DNA from: Epiperipatus broadwayi
Lineage: Eukaryota > Animalia > Onychophora
NCBI GenBank assembly: GCA_028023455.1
Contig: JAQFVV010000010.1
Span: forward strand, 5,518,001 to 5,582,000
Direction: 5' to 3'
Length of the DNA: 64,000 bases
The translations under genes and the position numbers were made by a program. The notes below the pieces were generated by a model. The model was not told the DNA's origin, searched no databases, and saw only the letters and a program-made list of their open reading frames with translations. Below, in pieces: positions 38,790 to 51,600 of this stretch (position 1 is the first letter of the stretch; each line of letters opens with the position of its first letter).

Positions 38790-41700
38790 ACTCATTACAT
38801 CTGTTTCATATCGTGTTGGTTTTTAATTGATAAATTTTGTTATTTTAGCCGAGACTTTCTCAAGTGTTTATGAGTCAGAGGTTGAGGTAAGCTCTTTTGG
38901 TTGTTTATACTAGCTTAGACAATAAAAATGAGCTTTGGTTATGATTTCCTAAACCAGGAAAATTAGAAACTAGAATCAAATAGGGATTCCTACAGCGTTA
39001 GCCTAGCTGAGCAAGGAACTAATAGGCCTAATTTAAACGTTCAGCAAAAAGACGGCAAAACTAAAATTGGTGATTCAAAATCAATTAATATTATTCGGAA
39101 CAATATAGACAGTGCTAAAAAATCCCAGAGAACCATTCAAAGTCAAGGGAAAAATGAATTGATTTCAAAATTAAAACCATCTTACAAAAGCAAAAGAACG
39201 ATACAGCCGTACCGACCGTAATATTTAAAAACGTAAAAGAAAATTTCTCAAATATTGCAAAATAAGTCTAATATAACTTTTAAGGGAGGAAAACACAGTT
39301 GCTATCTCTCAAAATGAACAAAACAATTTTAAAAATAACGCGTTCCAAACAGAAACTTGTTTGCAAACAAGTAAAATTAAAAAAAAACACAATTTTAAAT
39401 AACATAGATGACGCTCAACAGGAAGTTAACACTCAGCACTGCAACAAAGTGTTATCTAAGCAGAACTGTTCAATAAAATCAATTACAACATTAAATTATA
39501 AAGAAATAAATGAGAAAAAATCTTCCCAAGATAAATTTGATCCTTCTATCAGTTTACAAATTGTTTCTGACAGTAATCCGAACTCTGATGCTTCCCGTAA
39601 ATATTCCAGAATACTCGTGACAGAGATGAAATACCAATTATACTGTGCACGTTGCGGTTTGAAGGAAGTCGGCTAGATTCGATTTTCCAAGTTTAATTTC
39701 TAGCTCTAATGCCGAAAAATAAACAAATGACAAATTATTCTATAGCTGCTCAAAGCCCCTTTCCCACAGTACAAACAAAACCTAAGATAAGTTCTAATCA
39801 ACCGAATCTACAGAGCTCGGCAGTTGGGAAATGCAATACCAACATTCAGAACTAAAGAGCAGATGAGCAATCTCCTCAAAACATTCGACTTTGAGGATGA
39901 AGAAAACTATGATATTGATAAAGTAAATGAACAGCTCCCAAATCAAGATAACATAAGCTAGAACCTGGATGACTATCAATCCATCAGCCAGGAGTTTAAC
40001 TCTAGGATACTGTATAACCTGTTTCTAAACTACGACAATGACAATACGTTAATTTTGAGCACCACTAATAACAATTGCAATCTCTTTGCGTTTCTAACAG
40101 ATGATTTCTTCACACTCATCAAGGATCAGCAACTTGAGGAAGCAGTTAAGAGAGTCTGCCACCACCCGAACAGAAGATACTTCATCATAGAATTTAATAA
40201 TCTAATGCAGAAGGAACTCTTCAAGAGAACTCAAATGTTCATAAAAGAGATATTTAATTAAAATAGATATGAACAGACCCAGAATGGCTTATGGTCTTGC
40301 TCTTAACTGCAACGTTAATTTTTCCCAAATGGACTTACAGAGACTCCTGGTCAACAGTGCAGCCTTTTCATTAAAACTGAACTCAGGCATCTCTCTACAG
40401 GACTTTTATCTGTTCAGGAGTTCAACCCCAATGATTTATTTGTGGGCCTCGGACTCAGCTCGTCAATACCTGTCCCAACAGAATCTGTCGGATATGTAAT
40501 ATGAAAAATACCAGAAATCATAAATGTATTCCAGTTGCTACAAATTCAAGACTACAGCCCCAGTCAATTGGTGTTGAAGTTGTGCAGGGTAGGTCTGGCA
40601 AGTCAAACATGGATTGGAATCAGTCGTCGCGACAACAGGCGACATCTGACAATGAAATTAATGCACATAAAATAGACACTACTACAACACATGAAAATAT
40701 AAATCAGCTCGGCTATTTGTCGGATGATTGCTTAGATCATACCTGCAGCAATAATGATCAATCTTTACAGCAAGCAGTTCCCAATGAGGAGATTCAAAAG
40801 CAACATGATTATTCTCAATTGAAGACTATTAATCAATCAGCTAACAGTAGGATTAAAAGGAAAATGGAAGACTCTTCTAGCTCCTCGACTCTAGAGACCA
40901 ACAATTCTACCACTGACTCTGATTCAATAATTATAATCAGCAACCAGTTAACAAACCGTACAGTCCAAAAAGGAGAAAGAACAAAAAATGATCCAGATTA
41001 ACTGAAATAAAAGGAATCTAACATGTCTAATCCAGGGCTGGTCACAAACACCCAAACTGAAACCGATTCCAATTTAACTCAAAGCAAAGTGTTATAAACC
41101 TACAATCTATTGATTCACTAGATCCGGCTGATCAAATGACACTAGTCCATAACATGATAATTGAGCAATAATCCCAGATATCCGGTCTATCCATATCAGT
41201 TTTCAACCTTATGATTTTTAAAATTGGTGAAATCAATGTCAGGGAATTCAATTCCCTCGACAATCCAATCACAGAATTGATCAGTTACTTAATCAATATG
41301 GGATCTTTCAATACTTTCCATCCAACTCAGCTACTTCGGGAGTTGCATTTCTAATTAGTAAAAAATTAGCCTATGATAACTGCAGAACCCTTTATTTAAG
41401 TAAAGAATTACTAATTTTAGATATTACCATTGGCAACACGTCTATAATCAGATTTACATTTACTTCCCAAAGCATACTAATGTTATTTTTTCAATAATTA
41501 ACAGAATCAATGCTCTCCTCAGTGATGTCGCCAATAATTTGCTTTGGGTATTTCAACATGGGATATCATCAGTTTAATAAAAAATATTAGCATCTTTTCA
41601 ACAAAGTGTTTTTGTGTAGAGAGGGTTGTTTTCCTCTGAATTCATACTCGTTCTACACACAACAACATAGAACATTAATTGATCTGTATTACACTCCGGA

Positions 41701-44110
41701 GCTACATTATGATATTGAGGCAAAACTCCAGGTGGTACCTTTTTCCGATCACCTTGCCCTGTTGATATCCCTACACCTTAACCTCTTGGCCCCGGCGCCT
41801 ACACAACATGTCAGGACTATCAGGTTGTTAAATAAAGCTAACATGCCAGAGTGCATTTTCTCCGAGGTTTATATCCTCTTTAATAAAATCCAAATTTTAT
41901 CACTGTCCCCACTGCATGCGTGATCAGCCTTTGTCGGAATCTTGAGCTCTCTCATTAACACCTATACTCAAGAAACCAAAGGACCTAACAGGCTTCTTTG
42001 AGGCTTGACCACATCAGGAGCAGGGTTTGTGAACTTTCATCTATTAAAGCCAGTGTTGGAGAGATCTTGGATCTTAAAAATCAATATCGTGACAAGCAGA
42101 GGGTGCTTGCATAATATGCCGCAATCAAGAGGGCAAAATTTTTTTAACCAATCAGCACAATTGGACTCATAGTTACATTCATTGGGCAATTGGTGCTGCC
42201 AAGCGTCCCACTCCCTCAATGATTTCAATCGATAATAACAATTATGAAGGGCCTAATATGCTCATGAAGATACATGAATTTTTCAAAGCTAAATTGCAGA
42301 ATTAGAAAATCTGAAATCGCAACATCTGGAACAGCATTAGCGAGTCTGAAGATCACAATATCACTGAAGCACCCATAATACAACGGCTACTAGCTTATCC
42401 GGAGAGCACATACCCTGGGTTTCATGGTATCCCACGATTTGTGCTTCTTCACTTAAACCAATTCACTAATCCCATAATCCGGAATGTAATTGATGTTTTA
42501 GTGGGTGACTTTCCAAACATTCCGGACCTCTATCCCATTGCATTAGTCCCGTTCATGAAAAAACAGATCAATCCCCCCATCCTTGCCAATATCTGTCCCA
42601 TATCAATGACTCCATTACTCATCAAAACCATAGAGGCTGTTATCAATGACAGAATTCAAGAACAACTTTTCTCCCACATCTCAGCTCACCAATTTGCTTA
42701 CAAAGGATCCTCTACCATAGAGGCTGTGCGTAGTTTCATGCTCACTGTCGAGCATGTTAGACAATATAGAAAATCCATGCCTATAGTAGTCCAATTGGAT
42801 TTTGCATCTGCTTTCGATGTCGTCGTCTGGCTACCCTACTCTGTGCCGATAGTATATATCAGAATCATCAGCAATCTGCTATTCAATTGGTCAATATTTA
42901 TTTCATTGGATGGCGCAGTCTGGACCCTGGGTTTAGACCTCATCTCTCTATTCCCCAGGGATCCCCACTTAGCACTCTATGCTTTGTCACACATATCAAT
43001 CCTTTGTTGAAAGAGATTGAGCATTGCCTGCCTGGAATCTACTTACATTCTAACTTTGAGGGAGATGGTTCATCACATCTACATTGATGTGTCTTCCTTC
43101 CGTCCAAGAAGCACTTACTTCGTCTTCAACAGATCCTTGATAGGTATGTGTTGGAATTCAATCTCTGCTTAAACTATGCTAAATCATTCATTTGGAATAT
43201 CAGCACAGGGGTCAAAAGTTTCTAGGCTTCCCTATTGCATTGTCCAGGATCTCAATGAGAAAACAAATCCAGCTCTTCATTCTGGACAAGACTAGGAAGG
43301 TAATTACATCATTATCGAAGATCTCTCTATCACTTCTTGGTAAAAGAACACTACTCAATATGCTAATCTTCCCAAGAATAAACTATTTCCTCCTGATAAT
43401 TAAGCCAACCAAAACCTTTCAGGGCAGTATCAACTCCATCTGCTCTAGGCTCTTTTGGAAAGGCAAATGTGTGGCCAAAATGCAGAGACCTAGAGAATTA
43501 AACGGGCTTGGGTTACATTCTGTGCATATTTTCTATGCCCAAAAAACTATTGGCATTTAAAGACCAATTTACTTCAAGTTATCTGAGGCTAATTTAAACT
43601 TCCTATTTGAACATACTGACACCCCCTCTCCATTTACAAGCAAATGGATGTGATATGATGAATTATATAATCAGCCTTTTTCCTATCTCTGGGCAGACCT
43701 TGGAGAGCAGAAAATCCTATTGGGAGGTTTACACACTCATATATCCGAAGCTAAGCTCACTGCACTCTCAATTGGCATAAATAACAAACAAATTATTAAA
43801 AAGTCAAAGAACTGGGTTTTTGAGCCTAAATACATTGATCTTTCTGCTCAAGTTTAATCTCACCTCCTTGTCTACAAGCCATTTTTTGGTATGGAGGAGA
43901 GGTTTTAGTAGACTCAATTCCCAGTGCAATTTATGTAAAACCCATGATGAGACACTCCAACACTGTGGTCAGTTAATACACTATTCATGATCAGGGATCT
44001 GACTGGCCCAAGAAAGGGACAGTTGTAAAATATTCCTGATGAAATTAACCTCATTTTTTTATTAAATGCTTCTGATTTTTAGTTTTTATTTGATGCAATA
44101 TTAAGTTTCA
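38790..44110 (+). mobile_element. Near full-length disrupted L1/Tx1-like LINE in Rab1 intron, antisense to host
   Basis: Putative ORF1 pieces at 40055-41001. ORF2: APE MIFKIGEINVREFN (41211) and SGVAFLI; RT CPISMTPLLIK, QFAYKGSST, LDFASAFDVV, QGSPLS, KFLGFPI, LSLLGKRTL, PRELNGLG; zf-RVT-like CNLCKTHDETLQHC (43925-43966). Ends are approximate. Confidence 0.85.
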
Positions 44111-44521
44111 AGTAAAAGAAACATTTTGTTCTGTAAAAGGGACAGTTGTAAAATAAAAGATGTGCTCTCTATCAAGAGAGCTTTCGAAAATGGCTCTGAT
44201 TGGCCATCTTCATACTATTTGCACTTTGGCTTATAAGGTGCAATTTTCTGTTCATTCAAGTAAGTCATGGGTCCGGCGGGTATATACAAAGATTATTACT
44301 GTAATAACTATTTTATTTCATCTTTACTTTGTAATTAATAACAATTAATAATATGCTGATGCGTTATGGTGAAACTTTTCTAATATAATAATTTCTGTAG
44401 GCTTTCTATATCATAAATTTCTGCAGGCTAAGCGCTTTCAGAGTTTTGTTACTCCATAATCATAGCCTCTGTAGATTATTAACATCATTATATGCAAATG
44501 AATACAAAACTATGTCTTATA

Positions 44522-44731
44522 TTATACTTTTCTGGAAATGGCAAAACAAGTATCTTTTCTATTTACTGAGTTAATATCACTGGTGATAAAACAAGCTTCC
44601 TTGATTTTTCTCTTGATGTCATTCCTTTCTGGGCATAATATTTCAGCCTTGGAGGGTTCAAATCTGTGGTTGAGCTCTTGCTGATGGTCAGCAAAAACAG
44701 AACTGCCTTCTTTTTTGGTTAATGCTCGTGT
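44522..44731 (-). mobile_element. Penelope GIY-YIG endonuclease C-terminal fragment with downstream pLTR-like tail (about 44360-44520)
   Basis: SVFADHQQELNHRFEPSKAEILCPERNDIKRKIKEACFI...VNRKD..IS, typical of the PLE endonuclease end. Open for 69 codons. Confidence 0.8.
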
Positions 44732-44864
44732 ATATGTGTATTTGTAATGAGAGGTATAAAAAGACAGAGAGAAATAGTGTGTACGCTCTTTTTCCTAATC
44801 TTCATCGTTGAGGCATTAACTATTTTTTTTGCCAGCCAAAAGCAGTGGAAGAATCCAGCGGGGG

Positions 44865-44980
44865 AAAGTTTTAATTTCACAGGATCTCGGCTCCTGAAGG
44901 TGAAGCAGATTAGGGTTTATAGGAAAAGTTTTAATTTCACAGGATCTCGGCTCCTGAAGGTTAAACAGATTAAGGTTTAT
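44865..44980. repeat. Tandem duplication, period 60 bp
   Basis: aaagttttaatttcacaggatctcggctcctgaagg begins at 44865 and again at 44925. Confidence 0.92.
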
Positions 44981-45069
44981 GATTTAAAATGCCTAATGGC
45001 TTATAGGATTACGATAGACTGAAAACCAATGCTAAGGTAAATGCGTGGTTTTGCTTAGTTATCTAATCT

Positions 45070-45151
45070 ATATATTAAGTGGAAGAACTTATATTCCTCA
45101 AACCAGTGAAATATATTAAGTGGAAGAACTTATATTCCTCAAACCAGTGAA
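45070..45151. repeat. Exact tandem duplication, period 41 bp
   Basis: atatattaagtggaagaacttatattcctcaaaccagtgaa occurs twice. Confidence 0.95.
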
Positions 45152-45429
45152 AGGACTCGTATGCAAAAGATGTGTTAACATATTTATATCTTGCTGAAAT
45201 TATTTAGCTAATATATACTTGCTCATCATTATAAATTCCTCAAAACAGTGAAGAGATTCATATGCAATAGATGTGTTAACTTATTTGTAATTTATATCTT
45301 GTAATATTTTATCCTAATATCATTATAAGCACATGTTAATAAATTGCGTAAAACTACTGAGCCGCTATGTGTTTTATTTTATCTGACCAAGGGATAATTA
45401 ATTCCGACATAATTTGCTATTCTTACTAA

Positions 45430-46043
45430 GGGATAGAGGGGGTAGGACATACCAGATCCAATGTCATGTCTTTGCCGCAAACACATTGCTTTACAGCGGG
45501 CAGTATGTTGTTGGCCTACAGAAACAACACAGCGTCAGCACATGTCAGACATTTTGTTTCCTTGTTCTCACAACTACATGTTGCGCATGAACTCTTGCAA
45601 AGTGTACTTGTGCATGCATTTTTTGAGATTGGGTTGGGGTTTTTAGCTCTGCAAGACAACCTCTAACGTCATAATAATTCTCAGTAGGTATCACTACACA
45701 ACTTAGTCTTTACAACTTATAAAAAAAAAAGCACAATAACTCAATTCTGGACATTTTAAGTCCAGAAGCCATCATATCACACGACTGCAATATATAAACT
45801 CTCACAATTTGTATAAATTATTGCAACACAAGGCAGGCGTGAATTTTCTGTGCGTTCTCAAAGTAAACCACGTCATCTAATTGGGGAAAAACCGGAAATC
45901 TTCGGTTTGATGCCACCTAAAGTCGCCATCAAGTGGCCTTAACCGACAATTTCGGTTTGAGGCCACATCAAACGGTGTAATTCTGATGGTTTGCAGAGAA
46001 ACAGCGCCATCAAACGACGTGTCCAGTGTAATGAAAAACTACC
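45430..46043 (-). mobile_element. DNA transposon end with Cys-rich, Merlin/ISXO2-like N-terminal fragment
   Basis: VLFL*ANNILPAVKQCVCGKDMTL preceded by CTSTLCKSSCATCSCEN. Repeated GCCATCAAAC-like subterminal motifs at 45900-46020. Confidence 0.35.
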
Positions 46044-46277
46044 CCCAAATATCACCATTTATCTCCAAATTTTAAAAAATGGAGACTGATATTTAAGAAA
46101 TATTATTTACAGTGCTTATGAAACAATCAGCCAAATGCAATGATGGTCAAACTTGTGTGGAACTACTATTGGATAGAAAATTGAAGACTAAGATGTCTAG
46201 TACTTTCTAATAAAAAGACCTCAGAAAATTTTGTCAATTTGAATAATAAAAATTGGAGATAAATGGTCATATTTGGG
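46044..46277. repeat. 234-bp element with 30-bp inverted termini (MITE-like)
   Basis: CCCAAATATCACCATTTATCTCCAAATTTT (46044-46073) versus the reverse complement of 46248-46277, 2 mismatches. No TSD seen. Confidence 0.75.
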
Positions 46278-47795
46278 TTCAAGATAACCTTACAAAAATG
46301 ATCAAAGAAATAATAAAGGCATTATTATCAGATCAAATAAAGGTAATTAGAATTGGAAAAGAATTCAGAAGATATGTAACTCACATATCTTAGGACAATT
46401 CATCTAATTGAGATTAAAAATAGTGGTAGTACAAATGCAATATAAAAAAAGATGTCAGACAATAAAATTGAGACAGAATACCTAGATCAAGTTAATAAAT
46501 CAGAACTTGAAATCAAAAATGAAAGTTGTAATCAGCAAATTTGTCAAGAGCAGAAAAAAAGAAATCTTTTGAGATACCAACAAGAACATATATATATAGG
46601 ATAAGAATAAAGATGCAAGCATATTGAGATATGCAATTTAATTAATTTTTTATTTTAGAGATAATCTATAAGAAATTGAAATTTTTCTCCCTGCAAAGAC
46701 AAAATGGGGGGGGGAGGCACAAGACATTGGAATGAGATAATCAAGAAAAAAAAAAAAGTTACTTTTTGAACATTACTCCAGAAACAATAAAACTGACAAT
46801 GAACAAATAGGGCAGTATATGAAAGAGAATTAAAAAATGGTCAAAATCAAAGTGTAGGAGATCATGAGTCAACCACTTGAAAGCAGAACTATATTACTAT
46901 TTCAAAAAAAAAAATTTGCATCTGTAAATCACAAAGTAGGTCTATTGGGGATCCTTATAGGTTGTACAACAAATTTTAATTATTTTAATAATATACTGAA
47001 ATTTAAAATGATCAATTACATCTGTGAGGTGTATGCAATTTTGACTTGAGAAAAGGTGACTTATATATAAAAATCTTCAAGTTGTCTGTATCCAGCAAAT
47101 TGTGAGCAATTATTAGTTTTCAGATTTAACTAGGTGGATAACACTGACATAGACCAATACTTTGAAATCAGCTGGCTGGCACTAACATATAGTATCCAAA
47201 GATTACTCATCCTTCCATAAATAAGTTCTAAAATAATGCACTGTAAAGTGGATTACTGCTGTTTATTAAGATATTAAAATTTAGAAACTTTTTATCAAAA
47301 TATTAAAAGTTTAAATTTAATACGTTTACAGCTGACTGATGACATATGAAATGCATTGCTAATTTGTTATTGGGTGTGCTTTGGAGTTCAAGAAGTGTGA
47401 TTATTGGTGTTTAACCTTTTAATAAATACTTTTGGCTAAAATATATGTATTTATATTAAATTTTGTGTTGAAAGTATGTACAGTATTTCAACATTAGAGA
47501 ATTATGATCAACTTAAAATACTTAATTCTCAATAGTAATTTCCACTTCTTACCACTATCAAAGTTTATGATAAAGTTCTAAAATTACTTTTAAAAAAAAC
47601 ATCCAAAAATAATCTATGTATATGAAATAGCAGTAATTTTCAAATCCATCTGATAAATAGAAATTCACAAATATATCAAAAGAAATGAACAATTTTGTTA
47701 TATTAAAAACAGATTCCAGTTGAAATATATAATTAAAAATTATATAAGATTTTCAAAATGGACATTAAAAAATATAATTACTATGTGTAAAATTA

Positions 47796-47924
<129 letters not shown>

Positions 47925-48107
47925 CTAGAACAAAAATAAAATGTGATTATATAAATATCAAACCACTAAACATCACATGATCACCATTCTTTATGCTTAC
48001 ACAAGATGTTTACACAGAGGCTAAACTCTCAGTATAGTGGCGTCAGTCAGTGCAAGCCAGAGTAGTCAATGGCTGCAAGGTTTGTACATACTATCTATTG
48101 CCAATTC

Positions 48108-48166
48108 ATCCACTATCCCCAGACTAGTTTCTAATCTGTGGCTTTCATCAATGAAGATCTTTGGAT
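48108..48166 (-). ncRNA. Degenerate hammerhead (U3-G8 core mismatch), sense to Rab1 pre-mRNA
   Basis: AUCCAA-AGA-UCUUCA-UUGAUGA-AAGCCACAGAUUA-GAAACUAGUC-UGGGGA-UA-GUGGAU. Confidence 0.6.
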
Positions 48167-48614
48167 TTGAGAGCACTGCACCTACATCTTAGGATCTAAT
48201 GCAACTCTCCAGCAGCGACCTTTTTTACTTTATTAGCTAACTATAAAGCTTTGAGTCCAAAATGAAAACACAATAAGGTTTTCAATTCAAGCTTATTAGC
48301 TTGTATAGTTGTCTAGATCTGAACTCAGTTCAGCATCCATACTTTTTGGTGTCTTTGGTTCTTTAATAACCACAGTCGCCATAATCATATTGGACAGGAT
48401 TGGTATTAAATCATTAAGCATCACACGATCACATTCTTTATGCTTACACAAGCTGTTTACTGAGTTCATATCTATACAACTTTACAAGCTAATAAGCTTG
48501 AAAACATTATTGTATTTTCATTTTGGACTCAAAGCTTTATAATTAATTATTAAAGTAAAAGGTGGTTGTTGGAGGATTGCATTAGATCCTAAGATCTAGG
48601 TGCAGTGCTTTCAG

Positions 48615-48673
48615 ATCCAAGGCTCCGCACTGATGAAAGTCACAATTTAGAAACTAGTCTGGGTATATTGGAT
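48615..48673 (+). ncRNA. Hammerhead with intact core but weakened stems
   Basis: CUGAUGA 48630-48636 and GAAACUAGUC 48650-48659. Proximal stem I UCCGCA/UGGGUA has 2 mismatches; distal AUCCAA/UUGGAU is perfect. Confidence 0.65.
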
Positions 48674-51600
48674 GAGTAGCACTAGATAGGGATTTTGTAC
48701 ACAAACCTTCTTGCATCCATTGATTATTCTAGTCTGCACTGAGTGACGTTACAATATGGAAAGTTTAGCCCCTGTGTGTGATTATATAAATAATTACCTT
48801 AATATAATTTTTAATTATTAAAAAAAAGGTTTGGGGATAATTTATAAAAAAATTAGAATAAATTCATAAAAGAAGTAAATTAACCAAAGCCACTCTGTAC
48901 CAGTTTATTATCAGAATTTCATTTAATAACTAGGAACTGTTTAGATCATTAAAAAATATCAGTTTATATAAAAAACTAATAAAATTGGTTCTCATCTCTC
49001 TCCCAATTTTCCCTTGATTTCAGAATGTCTACTACTATAATTATTGTAACGTTTTATACCGTCAATTTATTTATCATTATATTTTTGTTTTAAAAAGAAT
49101 ATGAAATATGAAAGCAACACTGAATAATAATTCATTTTTTATTATCAGCTAGTATATTCTAAGTTATTGGGATTTAAATAATGAAAGTCTGTTCAAACAA
49201 TAAATTTTTATTTTAGGTAAGTACGTAATTAAGACTATAAGTTGAATGAATTTTCATTTTAAATAATTTATCACATTACAATTTTGTTTTAAGAAGAATT
49301 TTTCTAATATGAAGAAAAATCTTAAAATTAAAAAATTATTATTTTATTTTGCTATATTTTTGTTTACTATTCTTACAATTGAACACTCTGAGACGTCTTT
49401 CTTAAATGCCCATCTAGTATGTAAAGATATAGCTTTGATTTTCTTATTATTATGAAAAATGATTTATAGTATATCTTGTGCAATACAACAATATAAGTCA
49501 AGCTCTTAATGATTGATATAGATATTACATAGTGGAATCATACTTTTAAGTCATTTTAATAGATGCACATATTTTTCTTTTAAAATTATATCTTTATCAT
49601 ACTCATTGGCCCAAATCAAAAATTGATACTTTCTTTAGAATTAAAGTACAGCATTGCTAAATATTTTTCAGAATACTTTTAAAGTTAAAGATGAAGATCA
49701 TATACCTCATTCTAAACTCTAAAAGTCTGACCAGTCCTTTAATATTATAGCAGATTAAATGTTAGAAGTTTTGCCATCCATGTGGATGTGTTTAATCAAA
49801 ATGCTCGACATAAATAAATATTTTATATTTGTTCTTTTTTTTGCAAAATATCTTTGATATTAAATTATTATAAATATATACTGAAACACTACTTATATTT
49901 GTGTAAAAAAACCATCAAAAAATGTCAATAAAATTTTGAATTTAATATTAACATTTGTTGGATTTCATTTATCACAAATTGCTAAAATGGATAGATCGGT
50001 ATTAGCAACAACAACCCAGCATTAAGTTTTAATAAAACAAAAAAATTCATGTTTTACTCACAATATGTTTTGCACCATTTATAATAATAATATTTATTCT
50101 TTATAATTACAGCATTTATCTTTAATATTATAAACTAAAGCATACTCTTTATTTTCCTTATTTGAAAAGTAACAAAATTTGAAAAAATAAAACAAAATAT
50201 GAAAAAAAGAAGCTATAATTGTCAATAAAATTCTAAAAAAAATAAAATTAATAAAGACACAAAATATATTACTTTGTGTGAAAAACAACATCATTCACTA
50301 ATTATACAAAATTTTGTGATTATTTTTTATGATCCTTCTCATATTAATGGAAGCCATTATTATGTTCAACATGAATGTCTTTGCTCCAGAAGATAATATC
50401 AGAACAAATTAACTGGCACAAAAATCCATTATAATATTCGCTTATATTAATATTATCCAAGACACAGTAATTACTTAGGAGTCTACACACAGGCTATTCC
50501 ACAATGATGACATCAAAAAAAATGAATCTTGGATAAAAAAATCAATCCATGATATACTTTTGTGCTTTTCTTCTTCCTCTGAGCTAGTACTTACAAAAGG
50601 CTTACCTTATTACAGTAATTATCATTTTCATTTTTTTACCATATCTTCATAATCACCAGGTAAGGACAAATAAGAATCACCATATCCTGGAATTATTTGA
50701 ATAAACTACTGATTAGACTTTTGATGATCTCATAAAATAGTATATATAATTCAGGATAGCATTTTATCAAAGGATAACCCTGTGGCTCCAGTTTCAATTG
50801 GGAGATGCTAAAACAGAAGCACTGCAAGTTAAAAAAAACATTGCTCTTGATAAAATAAAAAAAAATTATAACATCAGCAATACCCACAAAGAGGAGTATA
50901 AGATTAAATTAATGTATTATCAACTTTGAATATATTTAAGAGATTCTAGGTCTCCATTACATTCATGATAAATGTATCAACTACAAAATGGAACTTGTTG
51001 CAATAATCAAATGTGCATCTGAAAACTATAAAAATTATAATAGGATAATAAAAAAATAATTGAAATTGTCAAATAATAAGTGAATTTTAATAATAGAACA
51101 ACACTAATGAGTCATTGGCAAATCAAAGACAGTTTATTATTGGGCTGCAATGAAATTTCATTAAAATTTCTTAATTTTATAAATTATGCTAATAAAACTA
51201 TTTAAATGACTTTAAAAAGTGTTTCAAGTCATTTTATTATTTTTATTATTTATTCTTGAACTAAATATTAAATCACAACTTTAAGGATGTCAGCTTATTG
51301 TACAGGTAATTGGCAACAGTTAATAATATTCTCAAAATTTGAATTTTTTTATACAAAACTTGATTTTTTAAACTTTTATTCACAGATGGCAAAATAAAGT
51401 TCACTGGACTTCTTTATTAAAAAACAACAACTTATTAATGATTATTTAAGGGAGCAGTTATGATTCATGTGGTGATAGAAGTGATACAATTCCAACTCAG
51501 TATAAAAAATATGAACCTTCAAATTTGGCTTTAAAATTATTTATTGACAATGAAATTTACAGCAATGTAATTGCCAATGGAAAATGAATTTATGCAGTAT

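Larger units (their letters stand above)
47958..48776. mobile_element. HHR-repeat family copy 3: greater-than-unit monomer (minus) plus inverted partial copy (plus), 16-bp TSD
   Basis: TSD TGTGATTATATAAATA at 47942-47957 and 48777-48792. Direct repeat CATCAC.GATCAC..TTCTTTATGCTTACACAAG at 47971 and 48419 (period 448). Arms about 48010-48330 and 48460-48772 are inverted. Confidence 0.9.

Noticed and set aside
44155-44220. Minus-strand AUGAAGA-stem-GAAA-stem hammerhead look-alike
   Set aside because: C3 is A, position 16.1 is A, five extra nt precede GAAA and there is no stem I. Too many core violations.
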